A stretch of DNA of 64,000 bases from Pseudovirgaria hyperparasitica (lineage: Eukaryota): NCBI GenBank assembly GCA_010093815.1, contig ML996566.1; one strand, given 5' to 3'. This document shows positions 1 through 13,437 of the stretch, piece after piece. The notes under the pieces are model-generated. The model was not told the DNA's origin and ran no database searches. It worked only from the letters and a program-made list of their open reading frames with translations. How positions within the stretch are numbered: the first letter of the stretch is position 1; each line of letters starts with the position of its first letter. The translations under genes and the position numbers were made by a program.

Positions 1-763
1 ACAAGCACAAGCAGTCAACCATCAATTGCCGTGGCACAAACAATCATCTGCTTGATGCTATTAGTCCATGCCATCATACCTCATCACACTACCATAGCCT
101 AGGTATCGTCAACAAACTTATCTCATTATGGTTACGCTGCCAATTGAGGCGTGACTCTCAGGCTCTGTGGGAGAAAAGCAGGTGTGGTCGGCCGAGGCTA
201 TCACGACGGTGTGCCCTACACCTACAGTACACGAACTGTTCTGCCGTCCCGCGAGGAGCCGCGATACCGCAATACCGCAATAATTACTGCAATACTGCAA
301 TACGCCCATACGTAATTATGGACTCGTCGGAAAGGAAGAGGGATAAGCTTTTTGGCGTTTGAAACGGTGGAGACGCCAGCTGGCAAACAAACCGGTCTGA
401 TTCGCAGAGCTTGAAAAGGGGAGGAGAAGTGGCAGCCAAGTAACGCCCCAGCCCAGTGCTACTGTGCCAGCCTGTGGTCCTGTCCCTGCACACTAATTTG
501 CGCCTTTTTCTGGCCCGTCCTGGCTAAGCGGGCCCCCGCATTCTCAGTTAGCAATCATCATGATATAATTACTATGTATAGCATTCATTCCACCTCCTAT
601 CCTGCACCATTCATTACTTATCTTCTTGACTTTGACCACCGCAACACCTCCATTACAATCATTGTCTTTTTGGTCGCCATACCGCCAATGGAAATATCAA
701 AACACAGCCCACGTTGATACTTTCATGCTTTCTCTCCGAATCTCTTTCTCCTTGTCGTCATGT

Positions 764-1604
764 TCAAACTGCCTCCTCCTTGGTCAACTCCTTTATCGCT
801 TCAAGAAGCTTGCGATCCTTTTGCAGTCCAGCAATCTCCTTCGCCTGGTCCTCATAACTTTCTTTGACTCCTTTGAATTCCATTTTCACATCCGACAAAT
901 GCGTCGTCAATTCCGCGTTCACTCTTCTCAGCTCTGCCACTAGAGCGTTCTCCACTCCTTTCCTGTGTTGGCTGACTGTCATCACGAGTTTCTCTCTCTG
1001 CATTTCCACCTTCTTCTTCTCGGTGCGGAGCTGGTCGATGGTGCACTGCATCATTCGCAACATTTCGGTCTGTGTTGAGGCCTTTGTTTTCCAAACAGTG
1101 ATCGTCCTTTCTAATTCCAACTCTCGCTTTTCCGACCGCTCCAGATACGCTGTAGATACCGTCATCAGGCCCAGTGCCGGTTCGTCGGTGCTTGGACAGT
1201 GACTTGGTTTTGGCCTCTTCGCAGGAGGAGCATGGTGAGCCTCGAAGCGTCTCGCTGGAATTTGCAAGTCTAGCTGTCGATCCATTTCCAATCTCCTAGA
1301 CCCCATGAGCATTGGAGCTGCTGATGCACATTCAGGTTTTATTAGGACAGGCAGACGAAAGATATTTATATGGGTATGTCGATCCAGAGAACTCACTTGG
1401 CTTCCTATTCTCGACTTGGTCCATAATCGGACTCCCCTTTCCTTGTACCAGCTGGTTGGTGTTGGCAGCTACATTTAAGATCTGGCCCGGAAGTGGACGG
1501 CAGAAGCTCAACAGGTCCACTGATGGCTCATCGTCGTCATCTTCCAACTTGATATCGTCTCTCTTGCGCTTGTCCACCGACGGGGTTTCATTCAACTTGG
1601 ACAT
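764..1604 (-). CDS. Hypothetical protein with C-terminal coiled coil (2 exons; intron 1321-1396)
   Basis: ORFs 1332..1763 and 764..1396 join in frame through a GTGAGT...CTAAT...CAG intron (phase 1). The C-terminus is heptad-rich in E/K/L. Start at MSKLNET (1604) is a guess; upstream ATGs exist. Confidence 0.6.
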
Positions 1605-2286
1605 GCTGCTCACAGCCGTCTCTAGAATCGCAAACGCAACGAGTTGGAGACGAAATAAGGGTGGGAACTCAGTTCGAATAGGTAGAGAGTCTGCTTGTGG
1701 ATTCACCAGCCAGCTCAAGCTCATATGGTAAATACTTTTGTTGCTTTGAAGCATCAGGGTCAAGTCCGAGCTTCAGCTAGCGCGATAAGAAAGTGATTCG
1801 CGTCGCGTCCTCATCTTCAGATGTCAAGCGTAAGAACCTGACTCTCCTTGCTTGTGCAAATCTCCTCTAATCGATATTTTTCAATGACTCCAAATACAAT
1901 GACAGTAGTGTGATGTCCGCGATCATGTGTACACCACAACAGCGCTTCTCCCAAGCTTTTCCTATACCAAGTCAAAGCTAAACATACAACATTCCATATG
2001 TAAACGTAGCTCTCAATAGTATGTGTTTTTTCAACCTTGATTGTATCTTAGTCACTACAGATTATGGTAACGAAGGTCCAACTCTTTATGAAGTATCAGA
2101 AGAATTATTACCATACTATTCAATAGAAGTGATGGATGCCTAATGGTGTTGAGCGAGGTACATCTTCTAGGGCGTTCCACGAACTTCGCCGCGACAAGCG
2201 CGACACACGTCCTGCAGGAAGGCATCAGTACCTCATCAACAACTCTCAAGACAAAAAATCGCAATTAAGCATGCTGTAACATAATT

Positions 2287-2931
2287 ATGACCTCAACACA
2301 GCAAGAAAGTAGCAGTTCCCATGCAATTGTTACTATGACACATGCACCTCCTCCTCCACCACCTCCTCTTCCCCCTACGAAAGCTGTGAAATCATCAGAT
2401 ACAATAATTTCACTGCCCAAGCCTCGTCCTATGCCTCCTCAGGCTTACAATGGACCTCTCGTCGACAACGTCCGCTACATGGCCGCGAATACAAGCGCAT
2501 TAGATAGACCATTCCAGCCCTGCTATATGTTCTTCTATGGCTCACTTATGGATCCTGAAGTCATCCAAGCAGTCCTCAGCCTAGCAGACCTTCCGACAAC
2601 GAGATCCGCCACTATCTCCGGCTTTCAGATCAAAATGTGGGGTATATATCCAGCTTTAGTACCCAGCACATCTGGAGCAGTCACTGGCGTTGTATGGAAG
2701 GTCGATTCAGAAAAACATTTTGAGCGTCTAGCTGCGTATGAGACCTCTGCATACGACTGGCTGGAGTGTGAGGCAATGTTGGGAGATGGTACTGTGCTGC
2801 CTAGATGTCGCACATTCTGTTGGGCTGGACGACCAGATAGCAATGAACTCGAAGAAGGTCATTTCGATCTGCAAAGATATCAAAGGTACTTCAAGCCATC
2901 TGTCACTAGGCGTCGATCGCCTGCACCTTGA
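2287..2931 (+). CDS. AIG2-like / gamma-glutamylcyclotransferase-fold protein with Pro-rich N-terminus
   Basis: Motifs FFYGSLMDPEV, YPALVP, VTGVVW and RLAAYE..Y are typical of the GGCT/AIG2-like family. Confidence 0.85.
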   Translation: MTSTQQESSSSHAIVTMTHAPPPPPPPLPPTKAVKSSDTIISLPKPRPMPPQAYNGPLVDNVRYMAANTSALDRPFQPCYMFFYGSLMDPEVIQAVLSLADLPTTRSATISGFQIKMWGIYPALVPSTSGAVTGVVWKVDSEKHFERLAAYETSAYDWLECEAMLGDGTVLPRCRTFCWAGRPDSNELEEGHFDLQRYQRYFKPSVTRRRSPAP

Positions 2932-3329
2932 GGATTCCCCGGTCTCATAAGCTACACCAACAATGAATCACAGGAGAGAAGATAACCATCAGTTATTTGG
3001 AGGCCATGATATTCCTCTTGTGCTCGTAGCGCACTCTTGTAAGATCTAGCTAAACCACCTCGAAGATAGCCCTAACTTTCGTGGGAAAAGAAGCATTGGG
3101 AAATAACAGCGTGACAGACGTTGGAAAAGACAGGTTTGGAGGGAACTGATTACAACTGTTCTCAATTCTCCGGTGGCTTCCCAACATTTCATCAATATAG
3201 GCGTAGTAGTCCTAGCCATTACACCATCATGATGCTAACAATTGAACCTCATCATCACAAGAACCTTCATCATCAGATTAACGCCTCACAGCTTTCCAAC
3301 ATATACTTCCAATTAAGACGACGAACTAA

Positions 3330-4420
3330 TCAGATGTTCTTCATGCCTTCAAGATGGGCTGCAAGTTCGTCAAGCTCAGCTAGGATTGTATCAGCTCCGG
3401 TTATACCTTTCACTCCAGGTTCATAGGGTATTATTGCTTACCCTTTAACCATCTATTCCTGAGCTCCAGGTCATCGTTACGAGATTTTAGCTGCGCAATC
3501 TCTGCATGAAAGCTGCTAATCCGCTCTCGCATCTCGTCCAAATCTCTTCCGGGCAGACTCAAGTGGACTGCCAACTCTGCGCACTTTCTTTTCTTTACGT
3601 ACTCCAGCTTATTTTCGAGCCTTGCGATCTCGTTATTGTGCCGCTTTACCAAATCGCTCACATGCGCAGGCATAGCTTCCTCTTCGAACTCCTGGAACGT
3701 TTGCTTTTGTTTCTGCGGGGTACCATGTCTCTTGGTCTCGGATTCCACGAATGGATCGCGTGAATGGCGCACTTCGCGGTCGTGGATAACAACACTGTTC
3801 CTCAGCCAGTCGTTCTCCTCGCGCTGAGCTTGAATCTGTCTGTGCAGCGATTGGATCGTCCTTCTATGCTCTGTGTCCCTCTTCGCAAGAGCGATCACTG
3901 CTTCTACGTTGTCCTCGAAACGCTTGATACATCTGGGGACATCGACTTCCGGTGTAGATGGGTTGCTTACTCCACGTGGCGGAGGGGTCGTGTTTCTGAT
4001 CGCAGCAGTGCAAATGGCTTTCGTGCTTGACCTGCCCCTGAAGTCAGTGCTGGAGTCACCGATCGAGATTTCCCCTTGCTCAAACTCTACGTCCCCGTCA
4101 TCAGAGCAATCTGGCCACGCCGATGATCGCCAAGAACCGCTCCCGTTAGACAATGCAGATGTGTGAGAGTTGCGAATCCTGGTTACATCTTCTTCGGCTA
4201 CTGTATGGGCTGCGAATTCAGATGCGAAGTTGCTTGGCGAATCCTTGATACTGGTCGAGTGCTCGTCTGAGTCCAAGTCGGAATTGTCCTTCACACTGGA
4301 GGAGAAGGATGGAAGCTCCGGCTCGTCTGGTGGTTCGACAACAAGCTTCGAATCCGACTGGTCTTGGCGAGAGAATGTAATGTTGACATGTCTTCCCAAG
4401 GGGTCGACGTAATAGGCCAT
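3330..4420 (-). CDS. Hypothetical Ser/acidic-rich protein with C-terminal coiled coil (intron 3380-3441)
   Basis: 329-aa ORF. A GTAAGC...GCTGAT...TAG intron extends it in frame with AELDELAAHLEGMKNI* (stop 3330-3332). A probable 5'-UTR intron lies at about 4444-4531. Confidence 0.6.
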
Positions 4421-5378
4421 TGTTACGTTGCAACACTAGAACCTGGCAGGGGTGCAAAATCAGCCTCTAAAGTGCATGGAGTGTAAGATGTTCAATTAGC
4501 AAGAATGACTCGGGGAGACTGGTTGACTTACTCAAGATGATCTCTATCAACTAGGGTAAGTAAACAGGATAAGTGAATCGCCAGAAGTTTGAACAAGGAG
4601 GCCTTACTGGTGCTGGAAGACGATCGATGATAATGTTGCTCTGATTGTTGTTGAGCTCACCGCGATGAGCTAGCTCCAGGTTTGAGAAAGTCCGAGCTTG
4701 TTTGAGCAGGACGAAACTGTGAGATAGCACGCCGCGTCATGCTCTGGTTTGTATCAAACTGGGTACATTGAAGTGATTCCAACAATCGGGCAACAAAACA
4801 AGTGCACCAAGTTTCTACAACGCCAGATCCTTCTTTGGCAAACGATAAACTACCTGATGTGTCAAAGATTACTTTGCCGCAGTATTGTCATGAAGTAATT
4901 CGTTCTCAAGCCATCCCGGCACGGACCCTGCAGATATACAGATACGCGTCTTCACTGCCACAACACTCCATGTGCTTCTCACCATCACGTCCCGGAGAAG
5001 ATAGTCTTTGCGTCGCGCTAAGGCGTCCGGGTCGTAGCGTAAAGAAGTCGAAGATATGCAGCAGCTCTGTCGTCATCAGAAGCTATAGCGATACATACCT
5101 TGAGACTGATAAGAACCTAGGTTTGATACGAAGTGTGAGAATATCCTGTGCAGAAGTATCCAAGGCGGCCCTTTGTTGGGTATCGTATTCTAGGGAGACA
5201 TGCATGCGATTGACTGTGTAGATCAAGATTACATATCGTATGTGGTATGACTCGAAATAAATTTTTTACAATACATGTGAGGTACGTAGACTGTTTGCCC
5301 AAGTCTGCTGCCCCGGAAACAACCACGAGATCTGACCAAGCAAGTGCTTCTAGCTCCTTTCTGCGTTCATCATTGTCA

Positions 5379-6296
5379 TTAACTAGGGTTCAGGGGGAAG
5401 GGCTCACGGTAGTTACGCTGCGCCGGTCCAGACTCATCCCTGAGGTACCGATCCCAGGACTTAAAGAGGCAGATGAACTTCCAAAGGTCTTGTGGTCGAA
5501 TGCGCTGCTTTACTCCCACTTTTGATGGCACGATATTATTCGCGACTCTATTGATCATGTCCACCTCCAACTGGTCCAGCTTCGTGCTGGTTGCGAGGTT
5601 CAGACTCCGGCCGTCACGACTAAGACGAATGAACAGGTAGCTGTAGTGAATCTCATTGATCATGTCACTGTGCAGCTTCCGGGCGTACTCCCGCCGTATA
5701 TCCTCGCATAGTCGTTCGTGGGGTCTCGTGCGCTGCAGCTCGCTGCTGCGACGAATGCGCGCCCGGTATGCCTTCGTACAGGCACACGGCTCTTCCAACT
5801 GGCCCAAGCGGAACTTGCCAAACGTCTTCCAGAATCTCCAGCTGCAGGCTTGGAACTCGACAGCGAAAGTGTTCAAGCGCAGAAAGAGGTATGTGATCTC
5901 CTCTCGAGCTTGGTTGTTGACTCGCGCGAACGTTGGGAGGCTGAAGGCGTAGAATAATGTCACATGAGACTGCTTGCGCGCTTTGTCGTCTTGGTCCATG
6001 GTGTAGATGTTGCGATTCGCGTTTCGGCTGTTCTTGCATAGGCGGGGACATTGGATAATGCCATCCAGATGCTTGTATATCATCTCCCGAAGCTCAAGAG
6101 GGAGACTGAATATTCGGAAATATTTGGGTTGCTCACAGGTAGCTCCGGCAGTGGCTGTCCTAGCCGCTCGGCGCTGCCTGTGAGATGGGTGGATATACAG
6201 CTGTTGCTCGGGTAGTTTGCGCTTGCTCCTGCGGCATTTGACAGCCTCAGGGCCTTCGACGGCGCTTTCGAATGGCTCAGGGCGTGTGAACGGCAT
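5379..6296 (-). CDS. Hypothetical protein with F-box-like LPxE(L)RxxIY motif
   Basis: Long ORF containing FRIFSLPLELREMIYKHL and ARVNNQAREE, the pattern of the widespread fungal F-box-like/2EXR-like orphan families. Start chosen at MPFTRP. Confidence 0.6.
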   Translation of the reverse strand: MPFTRPEPFESAVEGPEAVKCRRSKRKLPEQQLYIHPSHRQRRAARTATAGATCEQPKYFRIFSLPLELREMIYKHLDGIIQCPRLCKNSRNANRNIYTMDQDDKARKQSHVTLFYAFSLPTFARVNNQAREEITYLFLRLNTFAVEFQACSWRFWKTFGKFRLGQLEEPCACTKAYRARIRRSSELQRTRPHERLCEDIRREYARKLHSDMINEIHYSYLFIRLSRDGRSLNLATSTKLDQLEVDMINRVANNIVPSKVGVKQRIRPQDLWKFICLFKSWDRYLRDESGPAQRNYREPFPLNPS

Positions 6297-7453
6297 GTGT
6301 GGAATGAGACAAAGATCAGAAATCGTGTATAATCTGGTGACATTCGCCCCTATAAGTACCACAAAGATGGAGATCGTCCAAGCACGCTGGACGCGTGAAG
6401 TAGAGTGTTTGGGTCCATCGCTTGACCAGGGTATAGCACTATGCATGCCAACAATCTCACGACTTTTCACCTTTGTTTGTTGAAAGGAAAAGCACACATG
6501 CCGCGACGATGGACACTGCAACTACAGTGAAGACCTGTAGTAGTAGTCAATACCAAGTCAGATTACAGGTAGAGTCGGCATTACAATCTCAGTTTTCCAG
6601 CCTGACTGGACTAGAGCCATGCGCTTGCTGTATCTCGTGACAGTCTTGACATAATTGGCAACACCAGACACCAGACATGCCAGCGCTAGTAGCCAGAAAA
6701 CAATACCTAGAGGGAGGGCTATTCTTTTCTCTTAAAAACATGTGTTAGTATCGCCTTTAATACTCCTGTTTGAGTGCCGGCAGACGTACCAAGCTTAGAC
6801 GGCTGCTGCTTCAAGTGAAATGACACCAGGATGGCGACCGATACAATTGCGAGGTAGACAGCGAGACGAAGCCAAGATAAAAATGCTTTTTACAAACGCT
6901 CATTAGTGAACTGCAGAGGTTTACTTCGATAGCGCTAGACGTACTTCTCTCATTTGCACAATGATCCCTGGCATCGGATGCATTGTTGTCGAAGAGCAGT
7001 GGGCCTAACAAAGGCCGCTTAGCGAAGACTTCCCCTCGATAGCTGTTATTCCTGATATATTTATGTCAGTAATGAGATCTATATGCACATTGTGATGAAT
7101 GCTGACTGTTTGACCAGAACCGGCCGTCTTGTTAACAAACCGAACACGGGTTTGTAGGTCTCAATATCCGGGCCTGAGAAGACCTGAGTGCTTGACATGC
7201 TGATTGAACAAGTGAACAACCAAGGTCAATCACGAGCGTTGGACGGATGTTGGAGGTTAACGTTGACGTCGACTTTGTTTCCCCACATCTAGATGAATAC
7301 CTAGCCAAATGCGGCAAAGTGGGCCGCATGGGTCTTGGCAGTTCGTCACTCCGAAAGAGCTCATAGCATAATTTCCATGACGTGACACCACTATCCATAT
7401 ACACTCCACCTTTGCATCGTTTCATGTTAAGAGATCGACGCACGGCCTTAGAG

Positions 7454-8298
7454 ATGACTGTTGACAAATTGAACATTTTTGGCGGCAAGGAGCCATGGAA
7501 CCCCTCTGACTGGACGGCAAGCGACGACCGTGTGCGCGGAGGCTCTTCCCAATCCTATTTTCACGCCAATGCATACGAACCTATAGCACGCTTCTACGGC
7601 GAGCTGGACTACAAGACTCTTGGTGGTGCTGGATTTGCTTCCCAACGTACTACTGGTGAGAATCGTTCGTGGGATCTGAGCTGCTACACCGGCATCGAAT
7701 TGGACATTGAGAAAGCCGACACGAAGCGCTACACTTTCAATCTCAAGGACGAATTACTGGCAAGGGATCCAGAAAATGGACGAGAGCAGGCGAGTGTGTC
7801 GTATGAATACGACTTTGAAATTTCAGATGCTCAGGCGCAGGCGGAGAGCACTGTCATCTACATTCCGTTTGACAACCTGAATGCTACGTATCGTGGCAGG
7901 GAGAAGGAAGATGCACCGCCACTGAACACGACGAGTGTAAAGCGATTCAGTATCATGATGAGAAGCTTTTTCGCAACTCAAGAGGGGCCATTCTCTCTGT
8001 CTATCAGATCCATCTCTGCTGTGGCTAGGCGGAAAGATGGGGAGGATGCGCGGTCAATGGTCAGTGAGAAGGACACCGGCGTGTTGGTTCCACGGTCAGC
8101 AAAGTGGATGGTACGTTCTCAACTATCCTAACCCTGATGTTGCGATCGCTAACGAAGACGGAGCTGTAGCTTGCACCAGCAGACCATGGCAATTGGAGAC
8201 AATTTGGTCAGTCTACGCTGGGGGTCATTGCCGGCATCACAGTCTTTGGATTTCTCGCGGTTGGTCTGCTGCACTTGACTGTGTGTAAGCGAGGCTGA
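7454..8298 (+). CDS. CIA30 (NDUFAF1-like) family protein with C-terminal hydrophobic tail (intron 8111-8169)
   Basis: Motifs WTASDDRVRGGSS, LGGAGFASQR, ATYRGRE and MRSFFATQEGPFSL. A GTACGT...GCTAAC...TAG intron adds an exon encoding ...TLGVIAGITVFGFLAVGLLHLTVCKRG*. Confidence 0.85.
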
Positions 8299-9897
8299 AG
8301 GCTGTGCGTGACAAGCAGCGTGCCGTACAGCATGCTTTCAATGAAAATTTGTACAAAGTTGATATGCAACCTAAGAACGAAAAACTAAAATGGCAAAAGG
8401 GCAGATCATTTCTACATAATACTGAATTCTTTTCTTGACTCGAGATGTCCGTGCGCTTATCAGGTTCACAGGATTGGTTCCAATGCGGTCGGAGCCGCGA
8501 TCCGCTTCAGGAACTCAAATCCACTATCCATTCTATTCGCTCAACTGGGTCATCAACATATGAGAGGGGCAATGTATGTCGCGCCAGAGCTGCAAGTCGA
8601 AAGCAACTGCGTACGCTCATCCTCAATCACCACAGCTTACCAGTTTTGGTCAAGAGAACGCACAAAGCTCGACCGAAAGCACTGATTGGATAAAACTCCT
8701 TTGTGGCCTCTAAGCTTGGACCTGAGTGAAGCCGAAAATGGCCAACGAGATCCACTCAACAAGAACAGATAGGTACCTGGAATGGAGAATACACGTGGCC
8801 GCCTGACAAACCTGCTGCTACATTGGAACCTGGATGACTCCCGAACGAGGAATATTAGCCCCGTCTATGGCAGTGGCAGTCCAATTTCAAATCGAAAGCC
8901 TATATTGATGCAGTCGATATACGTATCGCAATCGCGGTAGCTCCAATTAGCTTATCTGGATCAATACCCGGGAAATACACAAACATGGCGCCAAAGTAGA
9001 ACCCATCAGCCATGTCCTGATCACCGGCAGGTCGGGACATCGGTCTTCGATAGAGGATTTTAGTGTCCGAAGCAGGCTTCCTATTGGCCAATGGTATTCA
9101 CAAGCACTCCGTTCCCGCTCCGGCTCCATCGGGGTTTTTCGCAATCGCGATGTATTGTAGAGAGATCCATGACTTCGGTGGCGCGGTATCCTTTCCCTAA
9201 ACACATTGCTCAGGTCCCTCTCGCTCTCTTTTATGTGGGCTGTGGGGCCGTCGATGCTACGCGAACTGGTAGGTGAGATTTGCTCTACGTGAAACGCAAA
9301 TGCGCTGCGAGAGATTTTGCGGCTGTTTCTCCCAGCCTGGGCATGACGCTGCGACAAATTCCGACTCTGCTCAGCTTTCTCCGCATGCATGCATCATCTT
9401 CATTATCTTCCTTTGCCTATACTACTGCTGCTTTGCCTTTCCACTGGAATGTTTGCGGCGCTTTCCTTTAGCGATTTGCGAGATGCGACTTGCTCACAAT
9501 TCTCCTTCACCAACCATATAGCGATCAGCAACCCTTTCGCGCGACTACTATAGTGCTCATTTAGCTTCTTGGTTGGCGCGATTCGCGACGGCTCGTAGAA
9601 AGTGGAGCTTACACACTAAATACTTACGCTTTATGTTCCCCCAATGCATTAGCATCATCCATCATTCTTAGTATTCTCAGTATCGTCAACTCAGCAACAT
9701 TTTGAGGTAGAGAGTAGACGCCTGGTGTTTGCGGCTGCTAACAGATGCTTGGAAACAACAGCAACGTTGGAGATATAACATTATTCTGGAAATCGCCTGC
9801 ACTATACACCCACCTTTTCAATTACGTAGTTCACATATAAGTAACGGGCACATCTACGATATCACTTGGCGCGACGCCAGTGGCGCCCCAATACAAG

Positions 9898-11956
9898 ATG
9901 GACTCTTCACAGCAAATATCCGAGAAAGATCTCGAAAGAGGGAATTCAGGGAGTAAGATCTCACACTGGCGATTAGTCTGGGAGCAAGGCCTTGTCACCG
10001 ACGAGGTGCGGAATGCATCATATAAGGGCAGCGGAACCGAAGACGATCCGTATCTAGTAGAATGGCTGGAGCACGATCCAAGAAACCCATTGTTATGGCC
10101 GTCATGGAAGAAATGGGTTATGGCGCTGACGATGGCGTTTGCGACACTGGCAGTGTCGTTCTGTTCAAGTGCTTATGCGGGAGGTATGTGCCATCTCATC
10201 GGACTCGATATTGAGAGAAGAGAAAGGCTGATTATTACAGGTGAGACGGAGATGGTTGTGGAGTTTGGGGCAAGCGAGGAGCTCGTGACTGCAGGACTGT
10301 CAGTTTTTGTCCTTGGGTTCGCCCTAGGTACGTCGTTGTATAACATCCAAATGAATTCTGCAGTAGTTGACGTTCACAGGACCTATGTTTTGGGGACCTC
10401 TTTCTGAGCTATACGGCCGCCAGTATCTTTACATTTTTACCTTTGGTGCATTCGCGGCGTTCAATGCGGGCTTCGCCGGCGCGCAAAACATCTGGACTGT
10501 TATCATCTGCCGCTTCTTCGCGGGATCCTTTGGGTCGTCGCCATTGACGAATGCCGGAGGTGTTATCGCAGATATGTTTCCGGCGAAAGAACGTGGCCTC
10601 GCCATGAGCGTGTTTTCCGTCGCTCCATTCATGGGCCCAGTCCTCGGGCCCATCATTGGAGGCTTTCTGGGCATGACGGAAGGCTGGCGGTGGATTGGCG
10701 GCTTAATGGCAATCTTCTCCGGCTTCATCTGGGTCGTCGGCAGTATCATCTCGCCTGAGACCTACTCCCCAGTTCTCCTCCGTCGCCGCGCCCAAAATCT
10801 GTCCAAGATCACAGGTAAGGTCTACGAATCGCGAGCCGATCATGACCGAGGCAAGGTCACCTTTGTCAAAGTCATGTCTACCTCCCTCAAGCGCCCCTGG
10901 ATCCTACTCTTCAAGGAGCCCATCGTGCTCCTGCTCTCCGTCTACATGGCCATCATCTACGGCACGCTGTACATGCTCTTCGGCGCCTTCCCACAAGTAT
11001 ATCAGCTGGGCCGTGGCTGGTCGCAGGGTATCAGCGGTCTTGCATTCGTAGGTGTCGCCGTCGGCATGCTGATCGCCATGGTATACAACTTCTACGACAA
11101 CGAGCGATACATCCAGGTAGTCGAAGCCGAGGGCGGCTTCGCACCGCCGGAAGCTCGTCTCCCACCAGTCATCATCGGCAGCTTTGCGTTGCCGATCGGC
11201 TTGTTCTGGTTCGCGTGGACAAATAGCCCTAATATACACTGGCTAGTGAGTATTGCGGCAGGTGTTCCGTTCGGATTCGGCATGGTGCTTGTGTTTATGT
11301 CTATCATGAACTATCTGATTGATGCATACACAATCTTTGCCGCGAGTGTGCTGGCGGCGAATTCGATCCTGCGGTCCTTATTCGGTGCGGCATTCCCGCT
11401 ATTCACGACGCAGATGTTTAGACGTCTGGGAATACATTGGGCCAGCACAATACCCGCGTTTCTAGCATTGGCCTGCATGCCGTTCCCGTTCCTATTTTAC
11501 AAGTACGGTGCAGCGATTCGCATGCGGTGCAAATATGCGGCAGAAGCAGATGCGTTCATGGAGAAGATTCGTGGTGATACGAATGACGGGAGAGGTGACG
11601 AGACAAATGACGAGACGAAATTTGAATCAAACGACGATTCAAATCCGGAACTGGATGCAGAAGATGCGGGTCGCCACTCATCGGTGGCGCTGGAGAAGGA
11701 AGAAGAGGCCGAGCAGGAGGCGATGGATTTTTCATACGGGGCTCGGACGGACGAGCTGGTATTGGCGCCCACCAGGACCGATTGCACGCGAGCGGATAGC
11801 AGGTCTGAAAGAAGGTCTCGAGAAGTTTACGATGAAAGCCCGTACGATATCGATCGGGTAAATACGAAGGAGAGCTTCAAAGATAAGAATAGCAGCTTAA
11901 GTCTGAGCACGACTAAGTCAAGAGACTCATCGAAAAGTCCGGCGAAAGAGAGGTGA
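9898..11956 (+). CDS. MFS drug:H+ antiporter (DHA1 family; TPO1/FLU1-like), 3 exons
   Basis: Motifs DPRNPLLW..WKKW, WGPLSELYGR, PETYSPVLL and PPEARL, with many TM segments. Introns at 10184-10240 and 10328-10379. Confidence 0.93.
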
Positions 11957-12039
11957 GATAGAGGTATCATTGGTTTTGAAAGCATAGCGTCATCTCAATT
12001 GTAACGTAAATTGGCACGATTGTGTGCGGTGTGTACCCA

Positions 12040-13122
12040 TCATATCTCGAGAAGTGCCCAGGTGCTGTCGTCAACAGTTGTATAGATCATGCCTGCAGCC
12101 AACAAGTCCTCGCCACCCTTGTACACATCTGCAGGATCCATTCTTGTCTCACTCGCAATGACCTGCACATGTAGGCCCTCGTTACTCTGCTGGCTAGTGG
12201 ACAAGCACATAAAAACCTTCTTCGCGTTGGCGCTTAGTCCAGCCATAGATTGTCCACCACTTGCCATGTTCATATTAGTACCAGCCTGCGCGTCATATGT
12301 CCCATTTGTGCCTGTACTCTTCTGTCCTCCATTGAGGGGACCTCTTGTGTAGTGCAGGTGCACGGCTGTCGCCTCAAGCAGATGATAGGAGACTTCGTTA
12401 TAGTCTGTTACTGGCCGTATGATGGTCGCACCGACATGGCGCTTGTTGTTAAAGGACTTCAGTTTTCCGTATACGCGCGCATACTTGTTCTCGGCTAGCT
12501 TTTTTTTTCCTGAGTTATCTGCCTCGCCGAAGGGGGTGGTGGCGTCTGCATCGACCCATTGCTTGACCTCAATCGTTCCCGTACCGTCGTCGAGCTTGTA
12601 TGTAACATTGGTGGCTTGCGTCGAAATGTTGCGAATCTGGCCTACGAAGGTGAGCTATCCGGCGAGGCGATGAAATTAGTCTAGACCTCTTGAAAGTAGA
12701 ATTCTCCGACGAGGCGAATTCAGGAGCGAGGATGGCCAAGTAAAGGTCCCGACGTGCTATGGGCGCATTATATCAATGACATACCTGTGATATTTCTGTG
12801 TCATCTATCTTAAAGTCTCCTTCTTGTGCTGATGGGGGCGCTTCATTTATCTGCTTGATTGTGACTGGCCGGAGTGTGTCTTTGCTACGGTCCTGTTCGC
12901 GATGCTGTCAACTCTCTCGTTTCTGGAACCACAGTGATATGATTCACATACACCTCTTCCAGCACTTGGGCTCTGACTTGAATCTCCAGGGATGAAGCCA
13001 CCACCGCCTGCTCCTCCTTGCGCTCCATAAGATGTCGTCGAGTAGCCACCTTCGTAACCGCCACCGTAATCTGCAAGAGTTAGCTATATGATCAGAACCT
13101 CCTAGCGCATTGACTCACTCAT
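12040..13122 (-). CDS. RFA2: Replication protein A 32-kDa subunit (RPA2), multi-exon
   Basis: Spliced N-terminus MNYGGGYEGG...GGGGFIPG; OB-fold segments LRPVTIKQ and YKLDDGTGTIEVKQW; C-terminal winged helix ending GMIYTTVDDSTW. Three GT-AG introns. Confidence 0.9.
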
Positions 13123-13217
13123 GTTCTCGTTTTGCTGCTGAACAGATTAGAAGAGTGAAATGGACAGAATTGTAAGTTGCAAGTTGTAATGCTACATCAG
13201 AGCGCGGGGCTAATTGA

Positions 13218-13280
13218 AACGCGCCAAGGCAAAAGACGCGTTTCTTGCCTCAGAGCTGTCAGGTCAGCACGTGATGACGT
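13218..13280. promoter_or_regulatory. MCB-like elements (ACGCGT at 13236-13241, ACGCG near 13219) and CACGTG/TGACGT in the RFA2-DnaJ bidirectional promoter
   Basis: Motifs read directly from the sequence, about 115 bp upstream of the RFA2 ATG. MCB/MBF control of RPA genes is established in yeasts. Confidence 0.5.
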
Positions 13281-13437
13281 ACCGCAACTACTATCTCATT
13301 ACCTAAATCGATAAGGCTAGCCTTGCTGACGATCAGTTTTCAACCACCAACAACCACCACTACGACACTCTATAAGCCTATTTCTTCCACACACACACAA
13401 CCAAGCAAGTCTCCCATAGTGGGCGCAGTCCCCAAAT

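Noticed and set aside
764..1763. Overlapping ORFs suggesting a frameshift or pseudogene
   Set aside because: A canonical 76-nt intron (1321-1396) joins them in frame.
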